From: Hyaloraphidium curvatum SAG 235-1
Lineage: Eukaryota; Fungi; Monoblepharomycota
NCBI GenBank assembly: GCA_025558095.1
Contig: JAIVFI010000011.1
Location: 372,001 to 436,000 of the forward strand
Reading direction: 5' to 3'
Length of the DNA stretch: 64,000 nt
Part shown: in pieces, positions 59,327-64,000 of the stretch
How the letters are laid out: each line of letters starts with the position of its first letter
Position numbering within the stretch: the first letter of the stretch is position 1
Notes under the pieces: generated by a model
What the model was told of the DNA's origin: nothing
Databases searched by the model: none
What the model saw: the letters and a program-made list of their open reading frames with translations, nothing else
Position numbers and translations under genes: made by a program

Positions 59327-60779
59327 ATGGGCTCGCACGTGCGATTGCAGCAGCTGCAGGGCCATCTGTCACCCAGCATGCCCGAAGCTGCGTCGGTCGG
59401 CGATACGATTGAAGACATCGACACTCCGGCTCTCGTCGTTCACGAGGAGATCATGCGCGCCAACATCGTGAAGATGCGAAGCATGGTCTCGGACCGGACG
59501 TCTCTGCGGCCCCACTACAAGGTCAGACCACCGCGTTGACCCGCCTTGATAGCCACTCGGCTCACAATCTCGGTCGTCAGACGCACAAATCGAACGACAT
59601 TGCGGCGATTCAACTCATGGAGGGCGCCAACGGACTTTGCTGCGCCAAGCTGTTCGAGGCCGAAGCCCTCGCGTACCGCGACGTCTCTAGCCGGACTCTG
59701 GAAGAGATGCAGAAGCGCGGCCTAGCCAAATCTTGGAGAAGTGCCCGTCTTGACATCCTTGTGACCAACGAGATTGGAATCGGGCGGAAGAAGATGGACC
59801 GGCTGGGCAAGCTCGCCTCGGACCTTCTGTGCGGCAGCGATCGGCACGCCTCGAACCGTCTCGGCGTGTGCGTCGACTCGGCCTCGCAAATCGACGCGGT
59901 GGCGACTGCCATGAGCCAGGCCCTCTCGGGATCGGATCGCAAGGTCGACGTCTACGTGGAACTCAACCACGGCGGGAATCGTTGCGGCGTCGACACCCCT
60001 GGCCAGGTTGTTGCCCTGGCCCGCAAGATCCGACAGATCGGCGGTTCAATCGCGTTTGGCGGCATGCACGCATATCATGGCACAATCCAGCACGTGCGCA
60101 AGTACGAGGAGCGCCGCGCCAAGAATGTCGAGAGCGCCGAGGTCGCGAGGACGACGGTGAAGCTCCTCGAAGCGGAAGGGTTCAGCGACGTGGTTGTCAC
60201 GGGATCGGGCACGGGCACGTTCGAGTTTGGTGGGCTCGGCTGCCTTTGATTGGTCTGTTTACTGCTGACGGTTGCTCATGGTCCGCAGATATAGTGCCAG
60301 GCTCGGTGTACACCGAGATTCAAGTTGGGAGTTACCTCTTCATGGACAAGGACTACAGTTTGAACGGTTTGGCTTCCGGAGCGCCCTCGCCCTTTTCGCC
60401 TTCTCTGTTCGTCTTGTCGACTATCGTCAGTAGCCAGCCCCCTCGCCTCGTGACGGACGCCGGTTGGAAGGCCGTCGATGTATTCGTCGCCTTTCCCACC
60501 GTGTACCCGGAAACTGCCGCGGTGGATTACATGCCGGGCGGCGACGAACACGGCATCATCATCCCGCGGGGGCTGCGGAGGAAGGACGGGTCGATCGACG
60601 AGGCCAAGGCCGCGGCCGGCATCCAGCTCTTTGCCGGCGCCGAGTGGCAGGTCGGGCGGAAGATCAACTTTTTCGTCAGCCACTGCGATCCGACCGTCAA
60701 CCTGCACGACGCCTACGTCGTCGTCAGCGGCGGCAAGGTCGTCGATCTGTGGCGGATCACCAGGGGACCGGGGTTGTAG
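59327..60779 (+). CDS. PLP fold-III enzyme, DSD1 / D-threonine aldolase / 3-hydroxy-D-aspartate aldolase family; 2 introns
   Basis: DTPALVV, LRPHYK|THKS (PLP Lys), RCGV, YHGTIQH, GTGTF, TEIQVGSYLFMD, DEHG, SHCDPTVNLHD (metal His/Cys). Confidence 0.9.
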
Positions 60780-60925
60780 ACTTTCAACTAGACTGCTGGA
60801 CAATAGACGCCTGTGAAAGGCCGTCGATCTGTGGTAGTTTGCGCCAGAGGATCGAGCTGTTGACTCTCAACTAGACTGCTCGACGTAGCACGCCCGTGAA
60901 AACGCCGTCAATCTGGGTCTTTTGG
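60773..60925. repeat. Imperfect ~83-bp tandem duplication downstream of the PLP enzyme gene
   Basis: TCAACTAGACTGCT at 60784 and 60867, each followed by ACGCC(T/C)GTGAAA..GCCGTC(G/A)ATCTG. Confidence 0.75.
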
Positions 60926-61051
60926 CATGGGAATCGAACGCCGAGAAGAGTCTTTACTTTTTGGGAAGGGCTTTCCGTCAACCCGATTCAAACCTTGAAT
61001 TTTTGTGCCCTTGTCCAGCGCCAACCAACTCCTCTCCGCCTGTTTCTCGCG

Positions 61052-61984
61052 ATGGTTCGTTTCAGTGCAGTCTGGGTTGGGTCTGGGGCATGGAACGGGC
61101 TTTGAGGAGCTGCCTGTCGTTCCGCGGAGCCGCGCCGGGCCGGAACTGGGAAGGAACCGAGCACTTGCCGGTCGGGCACCACCAGTCGCACTCGTTGTGG
61201 CCGCTTGCAGGGTCCTTGCGGCCCGAGGCGGGCCCAGCAGGCTGCCGTATTGAAACCGTGGCACTGCCTGTGGACGGGAGTCATCGCGGAACGGGCGATT
61301 GTTCTGGGCGGGGCGCGCTGGGTCGGCTGGAATCGCTCCTCTTGCCTCGGCCGCTGCTGCCCAGGACCTCGCCTCGTCCCATCGGGCTCTGCCTATTGCC
61401 GGATATCGTGGAGAGCCTGTGGATTTTGTGCGGCGGATTCTTACGCGGATTCTCGCCGCACTTGCAGAAGCTCTTCAAGCGCTACGTCGAGGTTGGGCGG
61501 GTCGTTCTCGTCAACTACGGTCCCGATGCCGGGAAGCTGGCGGTCATCGTGGAGGTCATCGACCACAACCGGGTTGGTAGCCGCGTCGTGGGCGCCCGCT
61601 GCTCCAGCTGACACGGCTCGCGGGTTTCCAGGCTCTGATCGACGGCCCCACGACCGGCGTCGCGCGGCAAGCGCTTGGCTTCAAGCGCATGACGCTCACC
61701 CCGCTCAAGATTGAGCTCCCGCGGATGGCTGGCTCGCCGGCGCTGAAGAAGGCCATCGAGAAGCAGAACCTGCACGAGAATTGGGGCAAGACGGCGTGGG
61801 CCAAGAAGCTGGAGAACCGGGCAAAGAGGCAGAACCTGAGCGACTTCGACCGTTTCCAGCTCATGGTTGCACGGAAGGAGGTGGGACGGACTGTCGTCTC
61901 CTCGGCGCGGCCAGGGCTGACGATCGCACCTCGATTCAGCGCCGGTCGGGGATCGCTGCGGGTCTGAAGGCTGCCAAGGCATAA
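61052..61984 (+). CDS. RPL14: 60S ribosomal protein eL14; 3 introns, first exon is ATG only
   Basis: [33 protein letters not shown]|ALIDGP, TAWAKKL, LSDFDRF. Confidence 0.95.
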
Positions 61985-62120
61985 TGCCTCATATCCCACT
62001 GTACAATACACCTCAAATCTGAACCGAAGACTCAATCTCGGGTATCGCGATAAGTGCCGACGAATCAGCCGGCTCCATGTCCATCCTCTGTCCCTCGGAA
62101 CGTCCATGAAGGAAGGCAAC

Positions 62121-63358
62121 TCAAGACGACGGTTGGCTTCCCGCCTCCACGCTGTTTCTGACAGGGGCGTCGTGGGAATGGCTGTGTCCATTTGCACCGT
62201 CATGGTCGTGGTCCAACTCGCGCGCCTTGCCGGCCGCCATCGTTTGAGGCGAGGGATTCTCGCGTGTCGGTGATCCCTGCGACGGCACAGCGGCGCCAGA
62301 ATCGTGAGAGTGGTCCCCATGTGAATGTCCGCCGTGGTCGTGACCCCCGTGCAGATGCTCCGCGTGCGCGTGATCCCCGTGCGAATGATCCGCGTGGGTG
62401 TGATCCCCATGATCCGCATATGCGTGATCCCCGTGGCTGTGATCTCCGTGCAGATGATCGGCGTGCGTGTGCTCGCCGTGGCTGTGATCCCCGTGCGAAT
62501 GATCCGCATGTGCGAGATCTGGTCGCACGGTGGCGGGGAGGTCTATCGGTGGAGGCACCGCTGGAAGGTTCATGTACGAATCGGAGGCTTTTGGAGGGTC
62601 GGAGTAGTGCCGCTGGGGCGGAATCTGGTGTAGCAATCCGAATCTGCGTGACTTTTGGGTTAGGAAACGGCCAGACCGATGGAAGCGGAACAGCCCACCC
62701 CAACGAACAGCCAAGGGCGCCTTCGCCTCCCCACGAGCGCGTCGGAAAGATGACGACCTGGAGACAAGCACGAACACGGCGCCAGGGACGGCGTCAATTG
62801 TCTCGGCGAGTCAGAACAGCCAAATGAGTTCACCTCGCGGCAGGTCTCGGTATCCTTGGCATAAACGGCAAGGTGGACGGCCGAGCGATCCACGTTCTCC
62901 TCGATGAGATCAAAGAGGTCCTCCTTGTCGCGCAGCACGCCCTGGCGCGACCCAATGATGTAGTCCTCCTCGGCCCGCAGGCCGGCCATGTCCGCCGGGC
63001 TCCCGGGCACCACGTCGATCACGTGCCAGCTCTTGAGGGCATCCACGTAGTTGCATGCGCGCACCGAGATGCCGAGAAGCCCCTCGTCCGAGCCCCACGT
63101 GACGGAGGGCACGACGTGCACGGCGCGGAAGTCGCGGTTCACGGCCGAGTACACCTCGAGCACCACCTCGGTCCCTATCGACGACGCGAGCACCGTGGCC
63201 AGCGCGTTGACGTCCGCACCCAGCATGGCGCCGTTGACGCCGACCACGTAGTCCATAATTGGGGTGATTCCCGCGGCGGCCGCCGGCGAGTTGGGCAGCA
63301 CGCGGACGACGTGCAGCGCCTCGCCGGCGGCGACCGGGCGCGACTGCTCGGACCCCAT
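62121..63358 (-). CDS. GRH1: GRASP55/65 family Golgi reassembly-stacking protein with His-rich C-terminal tail; 2 introns
   Basis: Myristoylation-type start MGSEQS; two PDZ-like domains (LHVVRVLPNSPA, WGSDEGLLG, WHVIDVVPGSPADMAGL); spliced CRE|V..SWGGEGALGCSLG|FGLLHQIP. Confidence 0.9.
62301..62513 (-). repeat. 15-bp tandem repeat encoding H-x-H-(G/A)-(D/E) pentamers
   Basis: Plus strand GTGATCCCCGTG(C/G) units; peptide HADHSHGDHSHGEHTHADHLHGD... Confidence 0.9.
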
Positions 63359-63523
63359 GCGCTGCGACGCGGGAGAGCGCACCCAGGCGGGATTGCGCGG
63401 GGCCTTTGGGAGGGGCGGGCGTGATGGAACAACCCCTTTTCCCACCCCCTAGGGTTGTCACCGCGCGCATTCTGGTAGCCCGATCGACGACTGAAGCGGT
63501 CTCGGACCTCGCAGCGAGCCAGG

Positions 63524-64000
63524 ATGGCGAGTGTCTGCTGTTTCGGGCCGCGTTGCTGCTGTTTCTCATCGTCGCGCTCCCCTCCTCACGCTTTTGCCCT
63601 GCTTCTCGCCCTGGACGCTGTGGAACGCGACGCCGCTCTGTTGGTGCCCTTCTCCGACCCGGTCTCCCACCCCGAATCGCGGCCATTCGTCTCCGTTTCT
63701 GCCTTTGGGATTGCTTCATGCTTTGCCTGTGCCGTGCTGTCTGTTGCCCGGACACTGGAATGCACGCTGTCGTCGATTTGTCTCGGCACCAACTCTCCGA
63801 CTTTGAACTGGCCTGCGGACGCTGCTTCTCGCGATTCCCCAACGTCCCCGCCTGGATTGCATCGCTCATCTTATTGCCTCCTGGCTGCCACGCTCGCTGG
63901 ACTGCCGTGGACGTGCCCGGATCCCGAACAGCCGTTCATCAAGCAGCAGAAGAACAAGGCCTACTTCAAGCGGTACCAGGTCAAGTACCGCCGCCGGCGA
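63524..64000 (+). CDS. RPL5: 60S ribosomal protein uL18/L5, 5' part (runs off the window)
   Basis: Exon from 63932 encodes PFIKQQKNKAYFKRYQVKYRRRR; ATG at 63524 followed by a GCGAGT donor. Confidence 0.9.
   Translation, partial: MASVCCFGPRCCCFSSSRSPPHAFALLLALDAVERDAALLVPFSDPVSHPESRPFVSVSAFGIASCFACAVLSVARTLECTLSSICLGTNSPTLNWPADAASRDSPTSPPGLHRSSYCLLAATLAGLPWTCPDPEQPFIKQQKNKAYFKRYQVKYRRRR

Noticed and set aside
2197-64000. Co-location of EFL1, SRP RNA, RPL14 and RPL5 as a translation gene cluster
   Set aside because: Spread over 60 kb among unrelated genes; no evidence of functional clustering.

Overview
Gene-dense, GC-rich eukaryotic DNA, almost certainly fungal: many short spliceosomal introns (GTGAG/GTGGG/GTGCG donors, CTRAC branch points, YAG acceptors), a Zn2Cys6 transcription factor and a Mim1-like gene. 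An early-diverging (chytrid/monoblepharid-like) fungus is my inference. I can support about 30 protein-coding genes and one structured ncRNA, an SRP (7SL) RNA on the minus strand at ~36447-36765 that the ORF track misses. Housekeeping genes: EFL1, glucosidase II alpha, SGT1, MCMBP, a mitochondrial carrier, a GRAM/VASt sterol-transfer protein, GRASP, RPL14 and RPL5 (partial). Interspersed are several bacterial-looking enzymes (HDAH-type deacetylase, ChaC, GH110-like beta-helix, alkyl sulfatase, DSD1/D-threonine-aldolase-like enzyme, sulfotransferase-like protein). The most system-like object is an intronless ~1180-aa protein combining 2H phosphoesterase, EEP, poly(A)-polymerase-type nucleotidyltransferase and MJ1316 domains, a candidate one-chain RNA end-repair enzyme. 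Other oddities: two apparent pseudoenzymes, a His-repeat tail on GRASP, a 14-copy helical motif array in an ankyrin protein and two GC-AG introns. No transposon, CRISPR array, rRNA or tRNA is supported. Exon boundaries were read by eye and all family assignments rest on motif recognition, not database searches.
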